A stretch of DNA of 35,649 bases from Candidatus Subterrananammoxibius californiae. GTDB lineage: Bacteria > Planctomycetota > Brocadiia > Brocadiales > Subterrananammoxibiaceae. A model generated the notes under the pieces. The model did no database searches. It saw only the letters and a program-made list of their open reading frames with translations, and was not told the DNA's origin. This document shows positions 1-8,017 of the stretch, in pieces. The stretch lies in NCBI GenBank assembly GCA_030586555.1, contig JAURAC010000016.1, positions 37,961 through 73,609 of the forward strand, in the 5' to 3' direction. Position numbers and translations under genes: made by a program. The stretch's first letter is position 1; each line of letters starts with the position of its first letter.

Positions 1-470
1 CCACCATTGACTCTACGGGGGATGTGGGCTGGTACACATCCCTTGCTTTTAACCCACTAACTCATAAGCCGGCTATATCATATTATGATGATAGCAACGG
101 TGACCTCAAGTGTGCCATTTTTAAGGGTTCCTCGCTGGTTATAACAACTATCGTTGACTCCGCAGGAGACGTAGGCTATCATATCTCCCTTGCCTTTGAT
201 GCCTCAGGTAATCCGGCTATATCATATTATGAAGCTTGGCCCAACTCTGACCTCAAGTATGCCCGCTTTAACGGTAGCTCATGGGATATAACTACCGTTG
301 ACTCTGCAGGGAATGTGGGACAGTATACCTCCCTTGCCTTTGATGTCTCGGGTAAGCCGGCTATATCGTATTATGATGTGGCCAACGGCGTCCTCAAGTA
401 TGCTCACTTTACGTCAGTTACGACGACAACGACAAGTAGCACAACTACAACAACTACTAAGAGTAATTAG
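1..470 (+). CDS. Partial (5'-truncated) repeat protein, probable secreted beta-propeller, ending in a Thr-rich tail
   Basis: Frame is open from position 3 (TIDSTGDVGWYTSLAF...). Three ~47-aa repeats of VDSxGxVGxxxSLAFxxxGxPAISYYxxxNxDLKYA, then TTTTTSSTTTTTT. Confidence 0.75.
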   Translation, partial: TIDSTGDVGWYTSLAFNPLTHKPAISYYDDSNGDLKCAIFKGSSLVITTIVDSAGDVGYHISLAFDASGNPAISYYEAWPNSDLKYARFNGSSWDITTVDSAGNVGQYTSLAFDVSGKPAISYYDVANGVLKYAHFTSVTTTTTSSTTTTTTKSN

Positions 471-1848
471 GGAAATGCGTGCTCTGCACAGGCAGATTTA
501 TCAAAGACACATTCAATTTATTAGCAAAGCTCTTAAGCTTTTCGTACTTATCGAAGGTTAGTCCATCTGAGGTGGATTCATTTGCAAGCGGATAAGTGGA
601 GTTATTATGGAGTAAAGGCTCGTCTTTCAGAAGTGGATTCTTCTTTAAAGCTTTTTCAAAATCCAGCGTCCCGGGGATTGGCGAATACTGGGCGGTCTTT
701 ATCCTCCCGCCGCATTTGTTTACAAAAACAATGGTCTCTAAAATTTCTTCGTATGTTTCATCGGGAAGACCCATCATAATGTAAACCCCTATTTCTTCAG
801 AATCAAATCCTGCCGACCTTAGATTATTTAGAGCTTCCGCTAACTGCTCATTTGTTGTTTTATTATCGGAGTCATTTTGCCTTCGAACATTGGAGGATTC
901 GAAACCCAGCCTTATCGTCTTGAAATTTGCCATTTTCAGCAGGTGGGCTAATTGAATGTCTATATATTTTAGATGCAATCCATTTGGTGTATGAAATCTT
1001 ACGGCGATGCCCTCTTTTATAATCATTTTTAGAATAGGAATAATATGCCCTTGTGGGTTCACCAGCAACGCATCGTCATAAAAGGCAATGTCCTTTACCC
1101 CGAGATTATTCACATAATGTTCAATCTCATCAACAACCTTTTCTGGTTGCCTGCGCTTAAACGTGGATTGAAGGAAGTGAGAGGCACAGTAAGTACATCT
1201 AAAAGGACAACCCCTTGAAGTAAGCATGCTCACAGAAACAAATTTTTCCAGTAGGTTATATGCAGGTCTAAGGTCGCTATCTATAAATTCGTAATCATGC
1301 TTATTACCACATATCGAATCTACAAGTTTTACTACTTCAAGTTCGCCTGCCCCCTTAATTACATAATCTGCCCCAGAATACTTTATGGCATGTTCATGGC
1401 AAAGGGTGGCGTAGATGCCTCCTAAGATTATCGGTACTGAAGGATATACGGATTTAGATATTTTAATGGCTTCAAAGACTCCTGGATACCAGTAGGTCAT
1501 GGCAGATGTCACACAGATGACGTCTGGTTCAGGTCCGCCTGAGGCGGATAAAAGTTTTTGGCGAAAGATTTCTGGAGTAATACCGTATCGCTTAAATCTT
1601 CGTGGAATGTGCTTGAAGAAGGGAGGCTTTTCTATCTCCTGAGCGAAGAAGTTTCCACAGCCGTAACTTTTTTCCTTGCCGCCGCAACCGTGTAAGCCTG
1701 ACCTGTCGAGGCAATTTATAATGCTAACCTTATAGCCGCTTTTTTCGAGTAATGCCCCGATATAAAGCAGTCCGAGAGGCTTCAGCCACAGGTCATAAGC
1801 CGCAAAGTCATGAATCCATGGATTAATGAGTAATATGTGTCCATTCAT
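457..1848 (-). CDS. B12-binding-domain radical SAM protein
   Basis: N-terminal PLGLLYIGA and ILGGIYAT cobalamin-binding motifs; TSRGCPFRCTYC CxxxCxxC motif. Confidence 0.9.
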   Translation of the reverse strand: MNGHILLINPWIHDFAAYDLWLKPLGLLYIGALLEKSGYKVSIINCLDRSGLHGCGGKEKSYGCGNFFAQEIEKPPFFKHIPRRFKRYGITPEIFRQKLLSASGGPEPDVICVTSAMTYWYPGVFEAIKISKSVYPSVPIILGGIYATLCHEHAIKYSGADYVIKGAGELEVVKLVDSICGNKHDYEFIDSDLRPAYNLLEKFVSVSMLTSRGCPFRCTYCASHFLQSTFKRRQPEKVVDEIEHYVNNLGVKDIAFYDDALLVNPQGHIIPILKMIIKEGIAVRFHTPNGLHLKYIDIQLAHLLKMANFKTIRLGFESSNVRRQNDSDNKTTNEQLAEALNNLRSAGFDSEEIGVYIMMGLPDETYEEILETIVFVNKCGGRIKTAQYSPIPGTLDFEKALKKNPLLKDEPLLHNNSTYPLANESTSDGLTFDKYEKLKSFANKLNVSLINLPVQSTHFPNYS

Positions 1849-1861
1849 ACTTTCACCAAAG

Positions 1862-1954
1862 TGTCATTGCGAGTTGGTAGACAACGAACTTTATGTTCGT
1901 TGAATCAACGAGGTAAAACCTCGTTGTCTACCGTGCCTTCGGCTCGCAATGACA
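1862..1954. repeat. Nested palindrome: outer TGTCATTGCGAG...CTCGCAATGACA, inner GGTAGACAACGA...TCGTTGTCTACC (1876-1932)
   Basis: Inverted repeats read directly. A second, inverted copy of the inner element lies at 20061-20141. Confidence 0.85.
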
Positions 1955-1976
1955 TTTTACCTGCTTTGGTTTTGTA

Positions 1977-2005
1977 TTGACAAAGCTTATAGGCAAAATT
2001 AACAT
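1977..2005 (+). promoter_or_regulatory. Putative sigma-70 promoter for nnrE
   Basis: TTGACA-N17-TAACAT upstream of the RBS (AAGGGAG) and ATG at 2033. Confidence 0.45.
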
Positions 2006-2032
2006 AAAGACCAGAAAAAAACAAGGGAGCAA

Positions 2033-2737
2033 ATGATGATTAACCCTACAAAGACCGTAACGCGCGAAGAGATGCGGGAACTCGATAGAAGGGCAATAGA
2101 AGACTACGGCATTCCCAGCATAATACTGATGGAAAATGCAGGAAGGGACGTGGCTCTCGAGGTTTTAAAGATGCTAAAGAAACCAGAGGAGGCAAAGGTC
2201 GCCATCCTCTGTGGCAAGGGCAATAACGGCGGGGATGGCTTTGTCGTAGGACGCCATCTTTATAATAATGGGGTAACCGTGGATGTTTATCTTACTGCAA
2301 AGATTTCTACCGTGCTTTCAGATGGTGATGCAGAGACAAACTTAAAGATTCTTTTGAATATGGGATTCAACGTTAAAGAAATCTGTACTGCTGATGTAGG
2401 GGCAATTCATGAATTGCCCCTACAAATTATTCCGCAGCTTTCAAAATACTCCGTAATAGTTGACGCCCTTTTTGGCACGGGGCTGACAGGGGCGGTAAGA
2501 GAACCAATAAAATCCCTGATAGAAGGCGTGAACACATTGAATGTTCCCATCGTTGCGGTTGACATTCCATCTGGATTGGATTGTAACACCGGGGAGGTAC
2601 TTGGCGCTGCAATTAAAGCCACAAAAACCGTTACGCTGTGCTGTCCCAAGGTTGGATTCTTTCATAATGCAGGTCCGAGTTGTGTAGGAGAGTTGGTGAC
2701 GGTAGACATCGGTATCCCCAGAACACTGATTATTTAG
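2033..2737 (+). CDS. nnrE: NAD(P)H-hydrate epimerase (stand-alone YjeF N-terminal domain)
   Basis: LMENAG, CGKGNNGGDG, VDALFGTGL and AVDIPSG motifs; no kinase domain. Confidence 0.92.
   Translation: MMINPTKTVTREEMRELDRRAIEDYGIPSIILMENAGRDVALEVLKMLKKPEEAKVAILCGKGNNGGDGFVVGRHLYNNGVTVDVYLTAKISTVLSDGDAETNLKILLNMGFNVKEICTADVGAIHELPLQIIPQLSKYSVIVDALFGTGLTGAVREPIKSLIEGVNTLNVPIVAVDIPSGLDCNTGEVLGAAIKATKTVTLCCPKVGFFHNAGPSCVGELVTVDIGIPRTLII
2395..2424. repeat. Perfect 30-bp GTAG-type REP palindrome in frame within nnrE (encodes VGAIHELPLQ)
   Basis: TGTAGGGGCAATTCA|TGAATTGCCCCTACA. Confidence 0.9.
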
Positions 2738-2830
2738 AAAGGAGGGTGGTTATATATGTAAAATTATTGATGTTTTCTCCATGGGATGTAATGCGGGAAT
2801 AGTTGTTGCAGTTAATGTATAGGAAGACTT

Positions 2831-2893
2831 GTAGGGGCAGTGCAAGCCCTGCCCAAAAGGAGGGTGCAGTCCCCCTGAGGTGGACGCCCCTAC
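2831..2893. repeat. Composite GTAGGGGC...GCCCCTAC REP-like element
   Basis: Inverted, shorter relative of the 91-bp elements at 28972 and 32065, lacking their internal CCTGTCTGCG...GGCAG insert. Confidence 0.8.
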
Positions 2894-2915
2894 CTGATAA
2901 TAGGAGGAAAAGAAA

Positions 2916-3608
2916 ATGAAAAGGTGGAAAATAGTTGGTTTATTGTTACTGGCAGCTTTTACAACCCTCATGGTGTTTAAATGTATTTCCTTCTCTCAAG
3001 AACCACACATGCCACCTTATACGCCACACCAGCCGCCACACTACCCGCCTGATTTAACACCCCCGCAGCCTTATATACCACCTGCGTGGCATGAGAAACT
3101 GGATGCCACACACCGGTTTTTTAACCGGTTTGAACTGGTACTGGACGGTGCTGCTGTCCTTGACAAGGAAACAGGGCTTGTCTGGGAGCGCTACCCAGAG
3201 CCACAAGCATTTACCTGGAACCTCGCGGTCTGGTATTGTTATGACAGGACTATAGGCGGTCGTAAAGGATGGCGGCTCCCCACGATTGAGGAACTTGCAA
3301 GCTTGGTGGACGAGTCAAGAGAGGTGTACTCAGGAAAAGAGGAAGAATGGGAAGAAGGGAAAATTCCAGCCCTCCCCCCAGGGCATCCCTTTATTGGTGT
3401 GCAGCCGGGCTTTTACTGGTCAGCTACTACCTATACTCCTCCTTGGCCTGCCCCTGCTGGCGTCGGTGCCAGAGACGCATGGGGCGTGGACTTCGGCGTT
3501 ATGCACTACTTCGACTTTGAGCGTCATGGCGCGGTGTACGGCAGCGCTAAGTCCAACGAAAGATATGTTTGGCTTGTCCGCGGCGGACATGGGTATGATG
3601 CTTATTGA
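2916..3608 (+). CDS. Secreted DUF1566 (Lcl C-terminal-like) domain protein with a Pro-rich linker
   Basis: Signal peptide; VLDKETGLVWE, GWRLPTIEELASL, YWSAT, AWGVDF and WLVRGG motifs; RBS AGGAGG. Confidence 0.85.
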   Translation: MKRWKIVGLLLLAAFTTLMVFKCISFSQEPHMPPYTPHQPPHYPPDLTPPQPYIPPAWHEKLDATHRFFNRFELVLDGAAVLDKETGLVWERYPEPQAFTWNLAVWYCYDRTIGGRKGWRLPTIEELASLVDESREVYSGKEEEWEEGKIPALPPGHPFIGVQPGFYWSATTYTPPWPAPAGVGARDAWGVDFGVMHYFDFERHGAVYGSAKSNERYVWLVRGGHGYDAY

Positions 3609-3629
3609 TTAAGATAGGCAAAAAGGTTA

Positions 3630-3698
3630 AGAGGCTGGGCTATAGGCTTAAGGCTGAAGGGGTTAAGGATTTTTTCCTTCAGCCTTCAGTCCTCAGCC
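3630..3698. repeat. Inverted heptamer array (AGGCTGA / TCAGCCT), possible terminator
   Basis: Tandem AGGCT(G/T)A units followed by CCTTCAGCCTTCAG. The same unit occurs at 20716, 23118 and 28656. Confidence 0.75.
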
Positions 3699-3764
3699 CG
3701 TGTTTGCAATTAATAGTTCGGTGAGATGCCATTTTTAAACTCAAGAAACGAACAAAAAAACTGC

Positions 3765-3793
3765 TTGCACGGGTTCTGAAATAAGAATATAAT
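3765..3793 (+). promoter_or_regulatory. Putative sigma-70 promoter for the antitoxin-PIN operon
   Basis: TTGCAC-N17-TATAAT. Confidence 0.55.
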
Positions 3794-3905
3794 CGTTTTG
3801 GTTTGGGATTGTTGGGGAATTTTAAACTTGTTCCTGACAGGTTCAGGAATAAGTCTGCAAATTCTTAAAAACTCTAATAATTTCAATATGTAGGAGAAAT
3901 TTGTT

Positions 3906-4118
3906 ATGAAACGTTTAGAAGCAAGGTTGATTGACAATACACATTTAGAGTTAAAAGAACCTATGCCGAAAGGGTTGGATGAAGTTGTTGTAAAGATTAA
4001 GGAATCGGGTAAAAGTTCTGTCAAAGCGTCCAAGTTTTTTGGCATGTGGAAGGACAGGGAAGATATTAAGGATGGTTTATCGTATGTCATGGAGCTCAGA
4101 AGAAGGTCGAGATACTAA
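3906..4118 (+). CDS. Putative antitoxin (VapB-position, 70 aa)
   Basis: Small ORF with RBS directly upstream of a PIN toxin; FFGMWKDREDI motif typical of such partners. Confidence 0.75.
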   Translation: MKRLEARLIDNTHLELKEPMPKGLDEVVVKIKESGKSSVKASKFFGMWKDREDIKDGLSYVMELRRRSRY

Positions 4119-4121
4119 CCA

Positions 4122-4505
4122 ATGGCTAACCTTCTTGTTGATACAGATGTGTTAATAGATATTTCTAAAGGGATTTCTACCGCAGCAGAATTTTTAGATA
4201 ATTTAAAAGGTGCTGTGTATATTAGCATAGTTTCCGCGATGGAGCTAATCGCCGGGGCGAGAGATAAACGAGAGCAAAGAATTATAGAAGAGTTCATTAA
4301 TGGTTATCAAATCAAGGAATTATCTAAACCAATTGGTAATAAGGCTTATGAGTATTTAAAGCAATACTCCAGGTCTCATGGTTTAGTTGCGATGGATGCA
4401 ATTGTTGCGGCTACAGCAGTTGTGAATGATTTAAACCTGGTGAGCAAGAATGAGAAACATTTTGGACCACTGAAAAATCTAAAATATCTTAAGGCAAAGT
4501 ATTGA
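4122..4505 (+). CDS. vapC: PIN-domain toxin (VapC family)
   Basis: LVDTDVLID, S..E, DAIVAATA and N.KHF PIN motifs. Confidence 0.88.
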   Translation: MANLLVDTDVLIDISKGISTAAEFLDNLKGAVYISIVSAMELIAGARDKREQRIIEEFINGYQIKELSKPIGNKAYEYLKQYSRSHGLVAMDAIVAATAVVNDLNLVSKNEKHFGPLKNLKYLKAKY

Positions 4506-4531
4506 AAACTATACTTCGTAAGTGTGTTATT

Positions 4532-5080
4532 TTAGAATACTTCCTTTAAATCTATTAATAAGCCTTTTAGAAGTGGGGAGGATAAAGGTGTATTTATATT
4601 ATAAATTCCCAATGTTTTGTAACCATCTTCGGCAAGGCTTAATACCTCTATGTTTTGCCCCTCTGGGTCAACAATCCAGTACTCCTTCACGCTGTATTTA
4701 AAATATAGCTTGCGTTTAATTTCCCTATCGCGGTAACTAATCTTTGGAGAGAGAATTTCTATTAGCAAATCAGGTGCGCCTTTTATATTATCCTTTGTGA
4801 TGATATTCTTTCGCCCTTTCGACACAAAGATAATATCAGGCTGGACAACATCTTCGTCAGAAAAGACTACATCAAAAGGTGCAAGATAAACTGAACCTAA
4901 TTTATTCTTCTTGACGAAGCCATATAAGATGAATCCAAGTTCACCCGAAATGCGTTGATGGTATTCATTTTGTGAAGGTATCATGAAAAACTCTCCCTCT
5001 ATGAGTTCGTACCTCTTCTCCTCGGGCATGTGCATGTAGTCCTGATATGTAAATTTAACCTTTAGATTTGGGCTTGCCAT
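4532..5080 (-). CDS. Uma2 family (DUF820) putative endonuclease; start reassigned to ATG 5080
   Basis: RYELIEG, QPDI, GAPDLLIEILSP, K..LY....VKEYWIVDP. Confidence 0.88.
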   Translation of the reverse strand: MASPNLKVKFTYQDYMHMPEEKRYELIEGEFFMIPSQNEYHQRISGELGFILYGFVKKNKLGSVYLAPFDVVFSDEDVVQPDIIFVSKGRKNIITKDNIKGAPDLLIEILSPKISYRDREIKRKLYFKYSVKEYWIVDPEGQNIEVLSLAEDGYKTLGIYNINTPLSSPLLKGLLIDLKEVF

Positions 5081-5121
5081 ATCTCTCACCTTTCCCTCGC
5101 CAATTCTTATGGGACAATATC

Positions 5122-5197
5122 CTCTAACGTTCCAAGTTTGCAGACTTGCGGAAAAAGTTGAGCAAAGCTCATTCGAGTCGCAAACCATGCGTCAGGC
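5122..5197 (-). mobile_element. Degenerate attC-like site
   Basis: Minus strand GCCTGAC-N5-GTTTGCGACT...AGTCTGCAAAC-N7-GTTAGAG. 76 bp, one extrahelical base, inner TGAGC/GCTCA hairpin. Confidence 0.4.
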
Positions 5198-5745
5198 AAT
5201 ACGGCGGCATTTTAGTTTTCAGGTTTGCGGTTCTCGTTCTTTGCCATAAGTTATTTGCGTTTCCAGACGCCCTTCTCTTCTACCCAGCCATAGCGAGCAT
5301 TTCCATCTTCCTTGTGGACGGTAATCTCGGTCACCTCAAGACCTGCCTTAGTTTCTTGCATGAAGATGTCCAGGTCGTAGAGGTGTCCATCTGGCGTCTC
5401 AAAATCTGCACAAGCAAAATAAACGCCCTTCTTTACCATGGCGAGTTTGTCCTCGTGAACTTTGACCAGCGTAAGTGCAAGGGCTTTCTTGGCTTCCTGG
5501 TCATAAACAGTGAAGAACCCGCCTTTGAGTGTAGTGTCTTTCTTGACATACTCTTTGATAGCCTTAGCGAGTTCCTCCTTGGTCAATCCCCCTTCTTTCT
5601 TTTCGGGATGCTCTTTAGGATGTTCCTTTGGATGTTCCGCTGCATATCCAGTAGACGCTACTGCTAACATAATTGCAACTATCATTGCTACGATTTTGGC
5701 GTTCACCATACCTTATCTCCTTTCTCTGCCGCCGTATTGCCTGAC
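5191..5745. repeat. Perfect 19-bp inverted repeats (5191-5209 and 5727-5745) enclosing one gene
   Basis: GTCAGGCAATACGGCGGCA ... TGCCGCCGTATTGCCTGAC. Confidence 0.9.
5251..5709 (-). CDS. Secreted hypothetical protein with N-terminal EHPK repeats
   Basis: Signal peptide (GYA|AE), EHPKEHPKEHPE, strong RBS AAGGAG. Confidence 0.8.
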   Translation of the reverse strand: MVNAKIVAMIVAIMLAVASTGYAAEHPKEHPKEHPEKKEGGLTKEELAKAIKEYVKKDTTLKGGFFTVYDQEAKKALALTLVKVHEDKLAMVKKGVYFACADFETPDGHLYDLDIFMQETKAGLEVTEITVHKEDGNARYGWVEEKGVWKRK

Positions 5746-5800
5746 TTATTTGTATCGGCTGTTCTCACATTTGTATGTATAAAACGACTATGAACCTGTG

Positions 5801-6340
5801 TTAGGCGCTAAGGAGCGCCTTCCATGTTTCCATATGCCCACGTTCATCAGCCTGGTCCTTTTCGATTATCTTACGAGTACCTTCCTCCCAATCTATTGTC
5901 TTGAGGAGTTTATCATAGTGATGGACGGCTTTTGCTTCTGCCCAGATACCGGTTTTAAGTATTATCTTCTTCCCCATCAATCTTGAAAGGAACCCAATTT
6001 TGAAGCCAACAATCCAGTACATCAATCTGAGTATACTCGGTTTCCAACCGTATTCAAAAAGTTTTATCTGGAAATCCTGGACGTGTGTCATCTCGTTACA
6101 CATAGCTGCAATTAACCGACGATTATGTTCGGATGCCTCATTCGTAATTTGAAATTTGTAAATATTGACAGCCATCGTTTCAAGATTATGAAAGGTAAGT
6201 AGACCCTTTCGGATGCCTTTTAATCTTTTTGGAGACATCCCCTGACCTCTTTGCTTAAAATCCTCGATTCGTATCTGCGGCCGTACTATCGAAGTGTCGT
6301 AAGCCCTTTTACCCCCAGTTTCCTGATAATGCTCTTCCAT
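5801..6340 (-). CDS. Ferritin-like di-iron protein, Coq7/demethoxyubiquinone-hydroxylase-like, copy 2
   Basis: E..A..IY / EMTH / E..AV.HY / DE..H di-iron ligand pattern. Confidence 0.75.
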   Translation of the reverse strand: MEEHYQETGGKRAYDTSIVRPQIRIEDFKQRGQGMSPKRLKGIRKGLLTFHNLETMAVNIYKFQITNEASEHNRRLIAAMCNEMTHVQDFQIKLFEYGWKPSILRLMYWIVGFKIGFLSRLMGKKIILKTGIWAEAKAVHHYDKLLKTIDWEEGTRKIIEKDQADERGHMETWKALLSA

Positions 6341-6521
6341 CTTGAAATTCTCCTTTTTTGTTTCTGCGTCCGGCTATCTTTTAATACAAGCTGATATACC
6401 GACAGTTAGTGTTCTAAATATTTTCTCATTTGTTTCAATATGTTAAGCATTTTGTATTTTCTCTATATCATCCCGATTTAAGACCCACATTCTGAGTCCA
6501 GGGTAACAATATGAACCTGTG

Positions 6522-7028
6522 TTAGGCGCTAAGAAGTGCCTTCCATGTTTTGATATGCTCATATTCATCAGCCTGGTACTTTTCGATTATCTTACGAGTA
6601 CCTTCCTCCCAGTCTATTGTCTTGAGGAGTTCACCATAGTGATGGACGGCTTTTGTTTCCACCCAGATACCGGTTCTGAGGATTGCCTTCGTACCCATGA
6701 GTTGTGAAGCAAACCCAGCTATAAAGCCAACAGTCCAGTACATCCACCTGAGTTTACTCGGTCTCCAACCGTATTCAAAAAGTTTTACCTGAAAATCCTG
6801 AAGGTGTGTCATCTCGTTACACATAGCCGCAATTAGCTTACGATTGAGTTCACACGACTCATTCGTGATTTGAAACCTGTAGATATTTGCTGCCATCGTT
6901 TCAAGGGTATGTAAAGCGAGCAATCCTTTTTTGATGCCTTTTAATCTTTCTGAAGACATTCCCTGTCCTCTCATCTGAAAATCCTCAATCCGCATCAGGT
7001 GCCGTACTATTGAGGTATCGTAATCCAT
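6522..7028 (-). CDS. Ferritin-like di-iron protein, Coq7-like, copy 1 (tandem paralog)
   Basis: Same ligand pattern; colinear with 5801-6340, including the 3' flank GCCTAACACAGGTTCATA. Confidence 0.75.
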   Translation of the reverse strand: MDYDTSIVRHLMRIEDFQMRGQGMSSERLKGIKKGLLALHTLETMAANIYRFQITNESCELNRKLIAAMCNEMTHLQDFQVKLFEYGWRPSKLRWMYWTVGFIAGFASQLMGTKAILRTGIWVETKAVHHYGELLKTIDWEEGTRKIIEKYQADEYEHIKTWKALLSA

Positions 7029-7041
7029 TTCTCCTCCTTTT

Positions 7042-7941
7042 TTAAAAGCTTACCATAGAAATAAACTCTTTATAGCGTTTCTCGATGTCGTCAAGTGTAA
7101 TCTGGTGGAAGCGGTTGAGGCTGAAGTCTTCTACATTAAAAGATGCGACGATGGTACCATAGATAAGCGCCCTTTTCAAGTTCCAATGGCTTATATCTCG
7201 TGTTTTTGCCAGATAACCCATCATACCACCTGCAAAACTATCCCCTGCGCCTGTTGGGTCCTTAACATGCTCAGTGGGATATGCAGGACAAATAAAGAAT
7301 CCTTCGGGCGAGACCAGCATCGCTCCATGTTCGCCCTTTTTTATGACAACGAATTTCAATCCAACTTTAAGGATTTGTTTTCCCGCCTTGATTAAATTCA
7401 TTTCCCTGGTTAGAAGCCTCGCCTCCTCTTCATTCAATACAAGCCCGTCAACTTGCCTCATTAAATCAAGCAATTCATCTCTTTGTTCATTTATCCACAG
7501 GTTCATGGTATCGGCAACGATGAGCTTAGGCGCATGTATCTGCTTTAGCACTGACTTCTGCGTTGCCGGTCCTCCGTTGGCAAGGAAGATGAATTTGCTG
7601 TCACGGAATAAATGAGGAATCTTGGGTTCAAATGTTGCAAAGACATTTAGTTCCGTCAGCAGTGTCTGGGCGGCGTTCATTGCGCCCTCATAGCACCCAC
7701 TCCAGCGAAAGGTCTTCCCTTCTACCACCTCGAGACCTGAAATATCAACATTCTTACTGGCAAGTATTTGTTTATATTCTTGGGGAAAATCCTTTCCCAC
7801 AACTCCTACCAGCCTGACGTGATTGAAGAAATTGGCTGCGTAAGAGAAATATACGGCAGAACCCCCGAGTACGTTTTCTACCCTCCCATGAGGTGTTTGT
7901 ACGGTATCAAGTGCTATTGAACCAACGACAAGTAATGGCAT
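7042..7941 (-). CDS. PfkB family carbohydrate kinase; start reassigned to ATG 7941
   Basis: GGSA N-terminal motif; DPTGAGDSFAGG PfkB signature. Confidence 0.9.
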   Translation of the reverse strand: MPLLVVGSIALDTVQTPHGRVENVLGGSAVYFSYAANFFNHVRLVGVVGKDFPQEYKQILASKNVDISGLEVVEGKTFRWSGCYEGAMNAAQTLLTELNVFATFEPKIPHLFRDSKFIFLANGGPATQKSVLKQIHAPKLIVADTMNLWINEQRDELLDLMRQVDGLVLNEEEARLLTREMNLIKAGKQILKVGLKFVVIKKGEHGAMLVSPEGFFICPAYPTEHVKDPTGAGDSFAGGMMGYLAKTRDISHWNLKRALIYGTIVASFNVEDFSLNRFHQITLDDIEKRYKEFISMVSF

Positions 7942-7956
7942 AAATTCCTTTAAATA

Positions 7957-8017
7957 GGGACACATCCCATTTTTTCGATAAAGAATAGATGGTTTGTTAA
8001 AAAATGGGATGAGTCCC
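7957..8017. repeat. GGGAC(A/T)CATCCCATTT-type inverted repeat overlapping the gltX 3' end
   Basis: GGGACACATCCCATTTTTT ... AAAAAATGGGATGAGTCCC; second member at 11591-11650. Confidence 0.8.

Noticed and set aside
2916..3700. Diversity-generating retroelement
   Set aside because: No reverse transcriptase, Avd or template repeat in the window
5146..5782. Plus-strand ORFs 5146-5667 and 5510-5782, and similar antisense ORFs (e.g. 3710-4090, 17655-18245, 31475-32116, 33184-33708, 34887-35195)
   Set aside because: Shadow frames of well-supported genes on the opposite strand, with no motifs or RBS
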